A stretch of DNA of 64,000 bases from Parcubacteria group bacterium (GTDB lineage Bacteria > Patescibacteriota > Patescibacteriia > UBA1558 > GWA2-36-10), in NCBI GenBank assembly GCA_003104935.1, contig PQAE01000012.1, positions 4,988 to 68,987 on the forward strand, read 5' to 3'. The notes under the pieces were generated by a model. That model did not search any database. It was given only the letters and a program-made list of their open reading frames with translations, and was not told the DNA's origin. Positions 19,034 through 28,426 of the stretch are shown in pieces (position 1 is the stretch's first letter; every line of letters begins with the position of its first letter). A program made the translations under genes and the position numbers.

Positions 19034-19282
19034 ATGGACGGATTAATGAAATTTGAGTCACCGTCATTAGAGCAGGAAACAAAGATTATTGACGGCAAAC
19101 AATATCGCCGTGTGTTAACCGGCTATACCATTAGACAATACTTTTCTCACGACACACCTGAAAAAGGACCCGGGCCGGGCTGGGACTTTCGGCGAGCAGT
19201 ATTGGAAAAATATGGAGTTGATTCGCCGGACAAATTACCCGAGGAACCTTATTATGATTGGGAGTTAATTGAGGATAATTAA
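19034..19282 (+). CDS. Hypothetical protein
   Basis: 82-aa ORF tightly packed in the operon. Confidence 0.6.
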   Translation: MDGLMKFESPSLEQETKIIDGKQYRRVLTGYTIRQYFSHDTPEKGPGPGWDFRRAVLEKYGVDSPDKLPEEPYYDWELIEDN

Positions 19283-19295
19283 TTAATTTAACGCT

Positions 19296-19370
19296 TTTGC
19301 GAGTCGCGCTAAGCGCGACGTGGCAAACCCATCTGGGTAACCACCCCTTTCGCTACGTTCAGGGTCACGA
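19296..19370. repeat. REP-like palindromic element
   Basis: tttgc-ga-gtcgcgct-a-agcgcgac-gtg-gcaaa hairpin in a GC-rich intergenic patch. Confidence 0.45.
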
Positions 19371-19385
19371 TAGCAGGGAAAATTT

Positions 19386-19652
19386 ATGTCAACAATAAGC
19401 AAAAAAATCTGGCCCGAGTACTTTAATCAGATCGTCTCGGGAAAAAAGAAGTTTGAGCTTCGCCTCAATGATTTTGAGATCAATGAGGGCGATACTTTAT
19501 CATTAGAGGAGTGGGATCCAAAAACTAGTCAATACACTGGCCGCAAAATAGAGAAAAAAGTAACTTTTGTGGCAAAATTCAAAATTGACAAATTATTCTG
19601 GCCACAGGAGGAAATAATTGAAAAGGGAATACAGATTATATCACTGGAATGA
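19386..19652 (+). CDS. ASCH/DUF3850 (PUA-like) domain protein
   Basis: KIWPEYF..I.SGKKKFELRLNDF....GD.L.L.EWDP...YTGR. Confidence 0.85.
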   Translation: MSTISKKIWPEYFNQIVSGKKKFELRLNDFEINEGDTLSLEEWDPKTSQYTGRKIEKKVTFVAKFKIDKLFWPQEEIIEKGIQIISLE

Positions 19653-19653
19653 G

Positions 19654-20157
19654 ATGATAAAGCCTCTGCCACGCCACGAGTTGAAAAAACTTTATAATTC
19701 ATTTCCCCGCAAGCGAATTGCCGCCGGAGCTTTATTTTTAAACAGAAAAGGAGAATTGTTACTAGTCAAGCCGTGCTACCGGCCTTTTTGGTCCATACCC
19801 GGCGGCGTAGCCGAAAAAGACGAGTCGCCGTTTGAAGCCTGCCAACGGGAATGCAAGGAAGAAATAAATATCCGCCCAAAGAAACTACGTCTATTATGCC
19901 TGGATTATAAAAATACTTTTGATATCAAACCCGAGAGCATGCAACTGATTTTTTATGGCGGTCGTCTTTCAATAAAACAAATATCACGAATAAAGGCAGA
20001 TCGGCGTGAAATCACTGGTCATAAATTTGTGAGTTTAAATCGGGTTTATAAAACTCTGGGCGGTAAACACAGCGATTTGGCAAAAAGGATAAAATATTGT
20101 TTTTTAGCCATCAAAAATAAAAAGGTTTATTATTTGGAAAACGGTAATCTAAAATAA
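19654..20157 (+). CDS. Nudix hydrolase
   Basis: WSIPGGVAEKDESPFEACQRECKEE. Confidence 0.85.
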   Translation: MIKPLPRHELKKLYNSFPRKRIAAGALFLNRKGELLLVKPCYRPFWSIPGGVAEKDESPFEACQRECKEEINIRPKKLRLLCLDYKNTFDIKPESMQLIFYGGRLSIKQISRIKADRREITGHKFVSLNRVYKTLGGKHSDLAKRIKYCFLAIKNKKVYYLENGNLK

Positions 20158-20237
20158 TATTTATCCCGTGCAAAGCTTAACCTATTATCCTGACAACGCA
20201 AAAGAGCCATATATATTACTAACAATTAACTTCTAGT

Positions 20238-20816
20238 GTGATGAAAATCATATTTGGGATAGACAACGACAACCAAGAACGTATTTTGCACGAAATGGGT
20301 GTTGATTTTATTGTCCGGCCGACAAATTTTGTGGAGCATCCCGTGCACTATGGCGATCCCAGTCAGCAAGCCCTGGCCATGGCCAAGGCTAAAGCGCAAA
20401 GATTAGATAATGATCTTAATGAGCCGGTAGTTATATTGACCACTGCACAAGTCGTGACCTATGAGGAACATTTTCTTCATAAACCAAAAAATGAGGCAGA
20501 AGCCCGTAAACTCCTGGATAGTTACCACCGCTTGCCGGCCAAATGCTACACCGCGGTAGTAGCAATAAATGCCCAAAGTAGCCAGGAAGCCGAAGGTGTA
20601 GAGCTGGCTAAAGTTTACTTTAACCCTCTGAGTAAAGATGAAATTGACCATCTTATTAAAACCGGCGATGTTTATAATCTGGAAGGCGGATTTAATATCC
20701 GCGGGGCCGAATGGCGACGGCACATCCGGACCATTGATGGTCACCAGGACACTGTCCTGGGCCTACCCAAGGAATTAGCCCGAAGATTAATAGAACAAGT
20801 TCAGGGTCAATTATGA
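20238..20816 (+). CDS. Maf/YhdE-family protein with degenerate active site
   Basis: AKAKA, KP.NEAEA..LL, IDG..DTVLGLP retained; ASxSPRR and ADT motifs replaced. Confidence 0.75.
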   Translation: MMKIIFGIDNDNQERILHEMGVDFIVRPTNFVEHPVHYGDPSQQALAMAKAKAQRLDNDLNEPVVILTTAQVVTYEEHFLHKPKNEAEARKLLDSYHRLPAKCYTAVVAINAQSSQEAEGVELAKVYFNPLSKDEIDHLIKTGDVYNLEGGFNIRGAEWRRHIRTIDGHQDTVLGLPKELARRLIEQVQGQL

Positions 20817-21034
20817 AAATCAACCTGGGAAAATATCTCCACTACAAAGGTGATACAGTGGAGGTAATCGGCACGGCCAAGCACAGCGAAACTCTGGAAG
20901 ACTTTGTGATTTACAAACACCTGACCGGCCAGCATACTGGCGAAGTTCACTTCTGGGTGCGGCCGTTAGCAATGTTTCTTGAGGAAGTAGAGTCCGGCGG
21001 AGTTAAAGTACCGCGCTTTAAATATTTGGGATAA
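20813..21034 (+). CDS. DUF1653 domain protein
   Basis: GKY.HYKG...EVIG.A.HSET.E..VIY, WVRPL.MF.E, PRF. Confidence 0.88.
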   Translation: MKINLGKYLHYKGDTVEVIGTAKHSETLEDFVIYKHLTGQHTGEVHFWVRPLAMFLEEVESGGVKVPRFKYLG

Positions 21035-21052
21035 ATTTTGATATTAATTTAT

Positions 21053-21532
21053 ATGGCCGGCAGACAATTACTAACCTTAATCTACATAATTAAAGATGGA
21101 AAGTTACTTTTGGGTCTAAAAAAACGCGGTTTTGGTATGGGTCGCTACAATGGCTTTGGTGGTAAGCTGGAGCCCGGTGAAACTATAGAAGAATCGGCCC
21201 AGCGCGAAATTTTTGAGGAAGCCGGAATCAATGTACTGGATCTGTGTAAGGCGGGTATTTTGGATTTTGATATACCAGCTTCTAAGCCCCCAGAAATTCA
21301 AGTCCACGTCTTTAAAGGTTCCAGGTTTTCCGGTCAGGTGACTGAGAGCGAGGAAATGCGGCCGGAGTGGTTTGATCTTGATAAGATACCCTATAAAAAA
21401 ATGTGGGCCGACGATCCTTATTGGTTTCCCTTGATGATGGCCGGTAAAAAATTTAAGGCGTACTTTGCTTTTGACACCTTAGACAAGGTCATAGCGCACA
21501 AAATTGAGGAAGTGGCAGAGTTGAATGATTAG
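21053..21532 (+). CDS. 8-oxo-dGTP diphosphatase (MTH1/NUDT1-like Nudix)
   Basis: LLGLKKRGFG.G.YNGFGGK...GETIEE.A.RE..EE, ESEEMRP.WF, MWADD.YW. Confidence 0.88.
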   Translation: MAGRQLLTLIYIIKDGKLLLGLKKRGFGMGRYNGFGGKLEPGETIEESAQREIFEEAGINVLDLCKAGILDFDIPASKPPEIQVHVFKGSRFSGQVTESEEMRPEWFDLDKIPYKKMWADDPYWFPLMMAGKKFKAYFAFDTLDKVIAHKIEEVAELND

Positions 21533-21624
21533 CAAATTTGTGCTAAATTACAGGAGCTAAAAAAACGCTCCGGCGTATTATTTTACCTAAGCTTAGCGTA
21601 AAATCTGAATAAAATATTTACTCA

Positions 21625-22722
21625 ATGTTATATAATAAAATCATTAGACCTATCTTGTTCCTGATGGACGCCGAGTTTGTCCATGATCTGGTCAGCTCTA
21701 TTTTGTCGGTGGCGAATAAAAGCCGGATGATCAATAATATAATCTTTATTTTTTTTAATTTTTCTACTCCGAGAATCAAACAAAAGTTGTGCGGACTTTA
21801 TTTTCGGACGCCCATTGGGCTAGCCGGCGGTATGGATAAGAAAGCGGCCGCGCCGCTCCTATGGAGTGCCTTTGATTTTGGCTGGGCCGAGCTCGGTTCC
21901 TTTACCGCCGAACCCTGGGCCGGCAACGCGCGGCCGCGACTGTGGCGCCTGATCAAGGAACAAGGCATTATTGTTTATTCCGGCCTGCCCAATATCGGCG
22001 CCCTGGCTGTTTCAAATAAATTAACCCGAGAAATCAAGCGCTATCCCAGAAGGGGATTATGGGGTATTAGTATCGCCAAGACTCCGCGCGTCCCTCTGGA
22101 ACAGGCGGCCGAGGACTACGCCCGCAGTTTCAATATTTTAGAGCCCCTGGCTAATATCATCACTATTAACCTCAGCTGCCCCAATGTTAGCGGATTTATC
22201 GGCCTGCAGGATCCGCAAAAATTAGAACCAATCTTAAAAAAGATTACCGAGATTAACAAAAATAACAAAATAATATTTCTGAAAATCGGCAATGACTTGG
22301 ACACCAGCCAGTTGGATGATATTATCGCGCTGGTAAAAAAATACAGCATTCACGGCATTATCGCCACTAACCTGACTAAAAAAAGAGAAAAAATATCTCT
22401 GCCTTCAAAATATGCGGACAAACCCGGCGGAATTTCAGGCAAATTGATCAGCGACCGTGCCAATAAAATTATCGCCCATTTGTATCGGCAATCAGAAGGA
22501 AGATATATTGTCGTCGGTTGTGGCGGGGTTTTTACCGGCCAGGATGCTTTTACAAAGATTAAAGCCGGAGCCCAGCTTATCCAATTAGCCACCGGATTTA
22601 TTTTTGGCGGACCGGCCAGTATCAAGAAAATAAACCGCGAGCTTGATGCCGCGCTGAAACAGAATGATTTTGCGCATATTGCGGATGCCGTGGGCAGAGA
22701 AGCTTATAATTATTCGCTATGA
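21625..22722 (+). CDS. pyrD: Dihydroorotate dehydrogenase (class 2-like architecture)
   Basis: DAEFVHD N-terminal extension, GLAGGMDK, GNARPRL, NLSCPN, GGISG, GCGGVF..AGA.LIQL. Confidence 0.88.
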   Translation: MLYNKIIRPILFLMDAEFVHDLVSSILSVANKSRMINNIIFIFFNFSTPRIKQKLCGLYFRTPIGLAGGMDKKAAAPLLWSAFDFGWAELGSFTAEPWAGNARPRLWRLIKEQGIIVYSGLPNIGALAVSNKLTREIKRYPRRGLWGISIAKTPRVPLEQAAEDYARSFNILEPLANIITINLSCPNVSGFIGLQDPQKLEPILKKITEINKNNKIIFLKIGNDLDTSQLDDIIALVKKYSIHGIIATNLTKKREKISLPSKYADKPGGISGKLISDRANKIIAHLYRQSEGRYIVVGCGGVFTGQDAFTKIKAGAQLIQLATGFIFGGPASIKKINRELDAALKQNDFAHIADAVGREAYNYSL

Positions 22723-24227
22723 ACCAAAAATACAAAGATTACTATTCCTATCGCCTGCTGGAGATAATACCCGGACTGCTAATCTGGGCTACTTTTGTTG
22801 GTGCCGTGATTATCTCGATTCTTTCACCCATTATCGGCATCTATATTATCATAGCTTTTGATGTTTATTGGGTGCTGCGGGTAACCTATTTGACTATATT
22901 TTTAGTGATGTCTTGGTTTCAATATCAGAAAGCCAGAAGAGTATCCTGGTGGCCAAAACTTCAGGCCGATTTTTCTGGTTGGTCGGAGTACTATCACATT
23001 ATTTTTCTGCCTACGGCCGGAGAACCGCTGAGTATAGTGGAAACCACTTTTAACAATCTGGCCAATATCGTCAATTATGATAAGAAAAAAATGATTGTGG
23101 TCCTGGCCGGAGAGGAGCGCAAGACTGAGCAGTTTGCCGAGGTCACCGAAAACATCTTAGCTAAACATGAGAGTATTTTTTACAAAATACTGATCACTAC
23201 CCATCCTGATAATATTCCCGGTGAAATAGCGGGCAAGGGTTCCAATCTTTTTAATGCCGGGCACGAAGCCAAAAAATATATTGATGCCGAAAAAATTGAT
23301 TATAAAAAAATCATCGTATCTACTTTTGACATTGACACCATCACTCATCCGGATTATTTTGCCTACCTCACTTACAAATTTCTGTCCCATGCTAATCCCT
23401 ATCGCGCTAGCTTTCAGCCCATGGCTTTTTATAATAATAATATCTGGAAATCAGATGTCATCACCCGCATCGTCGCCAATTCTACCACCTTCTGGCTCCT
23501 AACTGATCTGGCCCGTCCGGCACGCTTATTTACTTTTTCTTCGCACAGTATGAGCTGGCAGGCGCTGGTGGATGTGGGTTTTTGGCAAAACAATATCGTT
23601 ACCGAGGATTCCCGCATTTTTTTACAGTGTCTGATCCACTATGACGGCGACTATCAGGTCGAACCCATGCATATACCGGTTTCCATGAACACGGTTTATG
23701 TCGGCACTTTTTGGCGTAGCATGAAAAATCAATACCGCCAAATGCGTCGCTGGGCTTACGGTGTGGAGCATTTTCCGTACATGGTCTGGCATTTTCGACT
23801 AGCAAAAAAAATGCCTCGCACTAAAAAATGGATTTATATCTGGAACCAAACAGAAGGCGTATATTCCTGGGCAACAGCGCCTTTGATCATCCTAATCATG
23901 GGCCAGTTGCCGCTTTATGTGGCGGAAAAGCAACATCTTACCACCGTCCTGACGCAAAACGCCCCGTTGATTATGGAAGCTCTGATGCGCTATGGCATGT
24001 TTGGTTTGCTAATCGTAGCTTTTTTAAGCGTGACGATCTTACCGCCCTTGCCGCCGCAAAAAAATAAATATTACAAATTTTATATTTATCCTTGGATGTT
24101 TGCCCAATGGATTATCTTTCCGGTGACGATGATCATTTTTGGATCTGTTCCGGCGGTTGATGCCCAGACCAGACTGATGTTCGGCAAATATCTCGGTTTT
24201 TGGGTCACAGAAAAAGTCAAAGAATAA
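22719..24227 (+). CDS. Membrane GT2 glycosyltransferase (processive-type motifs)
   Basis: GKGSN, FDID, TED, QMRRW motifs; multiple TM segments. Confidence 0.82.
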   Translation: MNQKYKDYYSYRLLEIIPGLLIWATFVGAVIISILSPIIGIYIIIAFDVYWVLRVTYLTIFLVMSWFQYQKARRVSWWPKLQADFSGWSEYYHIIFLPTAGEPLSIVETTFNNLANIVNYDKKKMIVVLAGEERKTEQFAEVTENILAKHESIFYKILITTHPDNIPGEIAGKGSNLFNAGHEAKKYIDAEKIDYKKIIVSTFDIDTITHPDYFAYLTYKFLSHANPYRASFQPMAFYNNNIWKSDVITRIVANSTTFWLLTDLARPARLFTFSSHSMSWQALVDVGFWQNNIVTEDSRIFLQCLIHYDGDYQVEPMHIPVSMNTVYVGTFWRSMKNQYRQMRRWAYGVEHFPYMVWHFRLAKKMPRTKKWIYIWNQTEGVYSWATAPLIILIMGQLPLYVAEKQHLTTVLTQNAPLIMEALMRYGMFGLLIVAFLSVTILPPLPPQKNKYYKFYIYPWMFAQWIIFPVTMIIFGSVPAVDAQTRLMFGKYLGFWVTEKVKE

Positions 24228-24248
24228 TTAATAATTTACTGCATAGCT

Positions 24249-25811
24249 ATGAAAAAAATGATTTTTTTATTTTCCGTGTTGCTGGCGGCCGTTTTTATTT
24301 TTCCCTCCGGCAGTCGCGCCCAGGTGACGATCACTGACGGACCCGATGCCATCCAGATTAGAAATCTCTACGCCGGCAATATCGTCGTGCTGGACGACGG
24401 CTATAAAAAGGATTATTACTATATCGAGCCCCTTACCCAGGAAAAATATTATTTCAGCGACGATGTGAGTTTGCTCAAATTGATTCGCGCTTTGGGCCAA
24501 AGCACCAACACTAAGTCGCTGGTTAATCTGCCGCAGTCCAAATCTGACAAAAATGCCAACTATAACGCCGTGCAAAAACTGCGCGGTCGTTTCCTACTAC
24601 AGACAGATAATGACAATCAGGCCTGGTATATCAACCCCTTAGACAACCTGCGTTATAAGATCGACGGCGGAAAAGACGGTCTAAAGATTGTCCGCAACTT
24701 GGCGCTCAATGTTGATAGCACAAAACTAAGTGTTTTTCCCTTGCCGAAAAAAACTAGCTTCCGCAAAAATACCGGCGACGCTGTGGATTTTGGCATGTTT
24801 TGGCAAGTGCAAAATCTTTTGAAAAAAAATTATTATCAGCCCGATAAAGTAAATGATTCGGAACTGTTTTACGGGGCCTTACAGGGAGTAGCGGCCTCAT
24901 TACAGGATCCCTACACTGTTTTTTTTACCCCTCCGGGGAGCAAAAACTTTTTGGATAACATATCCGGAGCTACCGAGGGCATCGGCGCCTATGTGGACGT
25001 AATCAATGGCCGCCTAACTATTATTGCTCCTTTAGAAAATTCACCGGCTCTGGCGGCTGGACTATTACCTAACGACCAGGTACTGACGGTCGACGATGTG
25101 GATATTAGCGGTTGGCTACTGGATAATGCCGTAGGTTTGATCAAAGGCCAGTCCGGCACCGCGGTTAAGCTGAAGATTTATCGACCAGCCAGTGACCGCA
25201 CTTTTGATGTTTCTATTGTTCGGGCCAAAATAGTCATTCCGACGATTGAAGCCAAAACCCTAAACAATAATCTGGCTTATATCAAAATTTCATCGTTTAG
25301 CCAGGATCTACCGACCTTGTTTAACCAGGCGCGGAACAAGGTCATAGGTAATGCTACCAGGGGAGTGATCATAGATTTGCGCAATAACCCCGGCGGCTAC
25401 ACCGACGCGGCCCAGATTCTAGCCGAGTCCTGGCTACCCGAAGGCGATGTTATCTTTCGCGAAAATTATAGCGATCATTCCCAAACCTATCAGGCCATCA
25501 GCAATAATGATATCAATCTGCCCACGGTCATATTGATTAACTCCGGAAGTGCCTCGGCTGCGGAGATTTTTACCTTGGCACTGAGCAAAAACGGTTTGGC
25601 ACAAACCGTCGGCGAGACCTCATTTGGTAAGGGCACCGGCCAACAGCTGGCGAACTTTCCGGACGGCTCAGCTTTAAAATATACGGTTTTTGAGTGGTTT
25701 GGCCCGCAAGATAGTTTTATTGAAGGTCAAGGTATTAAGCCGGATTATGCTGTGCAGAATACTCCGGGCAGTGACCTACAGTTAGAAAAAGCTTTGACTT
25801 TGCTAAGATAA
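24249..25811 (+). CDS. S41 carboxyl-terminal protease (CtpA-like) with PDZ domain and N-terminal extension
   Basis: DPYT, GIGA, DLRNNPGG, SASAAEI, GE.SFGKG; signal peptide. Confidence 0.92.
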   Translation: MKKMIFLFSVLLAAVFIFPSGSRAQVTITDGPDAIQIRNLYAGNIVVLDDGYKKDYYYIEPLTQEKYYFSDDVSLLKLIRALGQSTNTKSLVNLPQSKSDKNANYNAVQKLRGRFLLQTDNDNQAWYINPLDNLRYKIDGGKDGLKIVRNLALNVDSTKLSVFPLPKKTSFRKNTGDAVDFGMFWQVQNLLKKNYYQPDKVNDSELFYGALQGVAASLQDPYTVFFTPPGSKNFLDNISGATEGIGAYVDVINGRLTIIAPLENSPALAAGLLPNDQVLTVDDVDISGWLLDNAVGLIKGQSGTAVKLKIYRPASDRTFDVSIVRAKIVIPTIEAKTLNNNLAYIKISSFSQDLPTLFNQARNKVIGNATRGVIIDLRNNPGGYTDAAQILAESWLPEGDVIFRENYSDHSQTYQAISNNDINLPTVILINSGSASAAEIFTLALSKNGLAQTVGETSFGKGTGQQLANFPDGSALKYTVFEWFGPQDSFIEGQGIKPDYAVQNTPGSDLQLEKALTLLR

Positions 25812-25818
25812 AATGGTC

Positions 25819-25849
25819 AAAAAAACCTCTCCCTGCCGGGAGAGGTTTT
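25819..25849. terminator. Bidirectional intrinsic terminator
   Basis: aaaacctctccc-tgcc-gggagaggtttt between convergent genes. Confidence 0.8.
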
Positions 25850-25861
25850 AACTTTCCTTAT

Positions 25862-26779
25862 TTAATTAAGATATTTTTCGTAACCGCGGATAAATTCGCC
25901 CGCCATCATGATTCTCTTGCCTTCAGGTTGGATTTCCAGGATTTCTAAACTGCCGTCATCAGTACCGACAAAAAAATGATTATTTTCTACAGCAAACTGC
26001 GCCGGCCTAAGCTCTTGATCTGATAATTTGGTCTTAATGAGCTTAATCTTTATACCGTTGAGATCGGTATAAACTGATGGCCAAGGATTGTAGGCCCGGA
26101 CTTTATTATGAATTTTTAGGGCGCTATCTTGCCAGGAAATATCGCCGTCTTCCTTTTTAATCAATTTACAGAAAGTAGCCGCACGATCATCTTGCGATTT
26201 GCCAGCCAGACCACCATCCAAATAGCTGATGATACTGCCGGCTAAAATTTTACCTCCGACGATGGCCAGCTTGGCGGAGAGAGATTCAAAATTATCTTCC
26301 GAACTGATATCTATATTTTGCTGAGCTAAAATAGGACCATGATCCATATGATCATCTAATTGGATTAGGGTCACCGCAGTTTCCTTTAAACCATCGGCTA
26401 AAGCGGTCTGAATAGGGGAGGGGCCGCGTAAAACTGGCAAAGCACTGGGATGAATATTAATGGCGCATAACTCCGATAAATCCAAAATCTCCTGTGGAAT
26501 AATCTTGCCATAAGCCACAATCACAAAAGTAGCCGGTAAATATTTTTTCAGCGCAAACACAAAATCTTCATCCAATCTTTCCGGGCAGAGAATCGGTAAA
26601 GAATAAATCGAGGCGGTTTTTTTTACCGGCGAACTACTTATTTTTTGCCGGCGTCCGGAAGGACGATCCGGCTGCGTAACCACAGCTTTTACCAAACCGA
26701 GAGCTAAGAGTATACGAAAGCTGGGAATCGCGAAGTCGGGCGTGCCCCAAAAAATTATTTTCTTATTGCTGACTGCCAT
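25862..26779 (-). CDS. fmt: Methionyl-tRNA formyltransferase
   Basis: FWGTPDFA, VVTQPDRPSGR, NIHPS.LP.LRGPSPIQ, MDHGPI. Confidence 0.96.
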   Translation of the reverse strand: MAVSNKKIIFWGTPDFAIPSFRILLALGLVKAVVTQPDRPSGRRQKISSSPVKKTASIYSLPILCPERLDEDFVFALKKYLPATFVIVAYGKIIPQEILDLSELCAINIHPSALPVLRGPSPIQTALADGLKETAVTLIQLDDHMDHGPILAQQNIDISSEDNFESLSAKLAIVGGKILAGSIISYLDGGLAGKSQDDRAATFCKLIKKEDGDISWQDSALKIHNKVRAYNPWPSVYTDLNGIKIKLIKTKLSDQELRPAQFAVENNHFFVGTDDGSLEILEIQPEGKRIMMAGEFIRGYEKYLN

Positions 26780-27257
26780 TTCTTATTTTATCTAAAATAT
26801 CCCGCCCTTGCGTTATTTTTTCCGCCCGATCGATAAATAATACTCCCTGAAGATGGTCAATCTCATGTTGTAACACTACCGCCAACATGCCTTTTATTTT
26901 TTCACTGCATCTCTGACCGTCCAGATTCTGGTAATTCAAGTGTATTTTTTTTGGTCTTTTTACTAAACCGAAAATGCCTGGCAAGGACAAACAGCCCTCA
27001 TCGGTGGTAGTCAGGTCAGTAGAGCTAAAGGTGATCTCTGGATTAACATAGGCCTGATATGATTTTTTATCCGCTTTACCTACCACCACTAATCTAATGG
27101 TTTTACTAACCTGAGGAGCAGCTAGGCCGATACCATCATCAGCATACATGATTTCAGCCATATCGCTAGCTAATTTCCTTAATTCAGCATCAAACCGACT
27201 GACTTCATCAGCCTTTTTTCTCAATATTTCCTGAGGATATTTAGCAATTGTCAGCAT
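26763..27257 (-). CDS. def: Peptide deformylase
   Basis: GIGLAAPQV, EGCLS, QHEIDHL.G. Confidence 0.97.
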   Translation of the reverse strand: MLTIAKYPQEILRKKADEVSRFDAELRKLASDMAEIMYADDGIGLAAPQVSKTIRLVVVGKADKKSYQAYVNPEITFSSTDLTTTDEGCLSLPGIFGLVKRPKKIHLNYQNLDGQRCSEKIKGMLAVVLQHEIDHLQGVLFIDRAEKITQGRDILDKIRNGSQQ

Positions 27258-27330
27258 AATATTTATACTATAACAATTTGTGTATAATTTGTCAATAATT
27301 ATATCCCGTTTTTTTTGCTATAATACAAAC

Positions 27331-27594
27331 ATGGCAGGAAACAGCAATTTCCAAAAAATAGGTGACCTTTTTCAGGGTCCTTCAGGTCCAAAACCGCCGG
27401 CCTACCAATGGCAGGATTTGGCTTTAAAAATAATCGCTGATTTAAACGTGCCAAATTATAAAAGAAACTCCGTTTTTAAAATCTGCAAGGAAAATAGCCG
27501 GGAGCTTGTAGAAAAATGCCTGGACGACACCAAGGAATTAGCCACGGGCGAGAGTTGGAAATATTTTTTTAAACTTGCCGCTAAGAAAAAATAA
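27331..27594 (+). CDS. Small hypothetical protein
   Basis: ATG 6 nt after TATAAT; KPPAYQWQDLAL...WKYFFK; terminator follows. Confidence 0.7.
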   Translation: MAGNSNFQKIGDLFQGPSGPKPPAYQWQDLALKIIADLNVPNYKRNSVFKICKENSRELVEKCLDDTKELATGESWKYFFKLAAKKK

Positions 27595-27600
27595 TTAAAC

Positions 27601-27633
27601 AAAAAAAACATCCCACCCGACAAGATGTTTTTT
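27601..27633. terminator. Bidirectional terminator
   Basis: aaaaaacatc...gatgtttttt between convergent genes. Confidence 0.6.
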
Positions 27634-27634
27634 A

Positions 27635-28426
27635 TTAGCGATGTAATATAATATTTTCCGTCAGATAACCGATGCCAAAAGGGGACTGATAGGCTAATTC
27701 TTCAGACTGCCAATTAAAATCCTGAATAAGCCCCAGTAGTACCAACAAAGAACGGTACCCGCACTCTCCGGCCTCACGCACTAAAGACTCGTCGATGTTA
27801 ATGATCTCTGCCGTCTTATTTTCCTGCAACAGGCGGCGAATATTTTGATCAAACTCTTGTGCCCGGACAGAAAAACCGGCCGGAGAATCCTTATGTAAAC
27901 GATGCGACAGGTCACCCGAGGCAATCACAGCGATGCGCTCGCTAGACGACTCTACAATCTCCTTGACTGCTTGGCCAAAGCGCACGTGGTCATGGCGGGA
28001 AAGATTGGAAACGCTGGCGGCGACAATTTTAGTTTCCTTTAAATTTTTCAATAGATAGTACAGTGGCACGGCGGTTCCGTAATCTATCACCTCGTTGGCC
28101 ACCAATGTCAGGGGTAAACTGGTTTCGCAAGACTCCTTTATTTTATAGCCTAGAGACAAATCGTTTTTAAAACTAAGATTTGTTACCAGATCTCCGAAAT
28201 CCTTAAAATTTGTCCGTAAAATAGGGCTCTGATTTATAGTAAAATTGCGGTCACGTTCGGTAGCATGAGGACTGATGATAAACACAGTGCCTGGCTGACT
28301 GGCATAAAGCTCATCGGCCAGGTGCTGATAAGCGCGCACCGTGGCTTCCAGCAACGCAAAATGTTCCCGACCTATCTCCGGGATAAGCAGGGGTGGGTGG
28401 GGCACTAAACTGGCAAAAGTAATCAT
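27635..28426 (-). CDS. MEMO1/LigB-fold protein (AmmeMemoRadiSam protein B-like)
   Basis: PHPPLLIPEIG, ISPH, DYGT.VPL, ASGDLSH, AGECG, PFGIGY; ATG overlaps upstream stop (TAATG). Confidence 0.85.
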   Translation of the reverse strand: MITFASLVPHPPLLIPEIGREHFALLEATVRAYQHLADELYASQPGTVFIISPHATERDRNFTINQSPILRTNFKDFGDLVTNLSFKNDLSLGYKIKESCETSLPLTLVANEVIDYGTAVPLYYLLKNLKETKIVAASVSNLSRHDHVRFGQAVKEIVESSSERIAVIASGDLSHRLHKDSPAGFSVRAQEFDQNIRRLLQENKTAEIINIDESLVREAGECGYRSLLVLLGLIQDFNWQSEELAYQSPFGIGYLTENIILHR

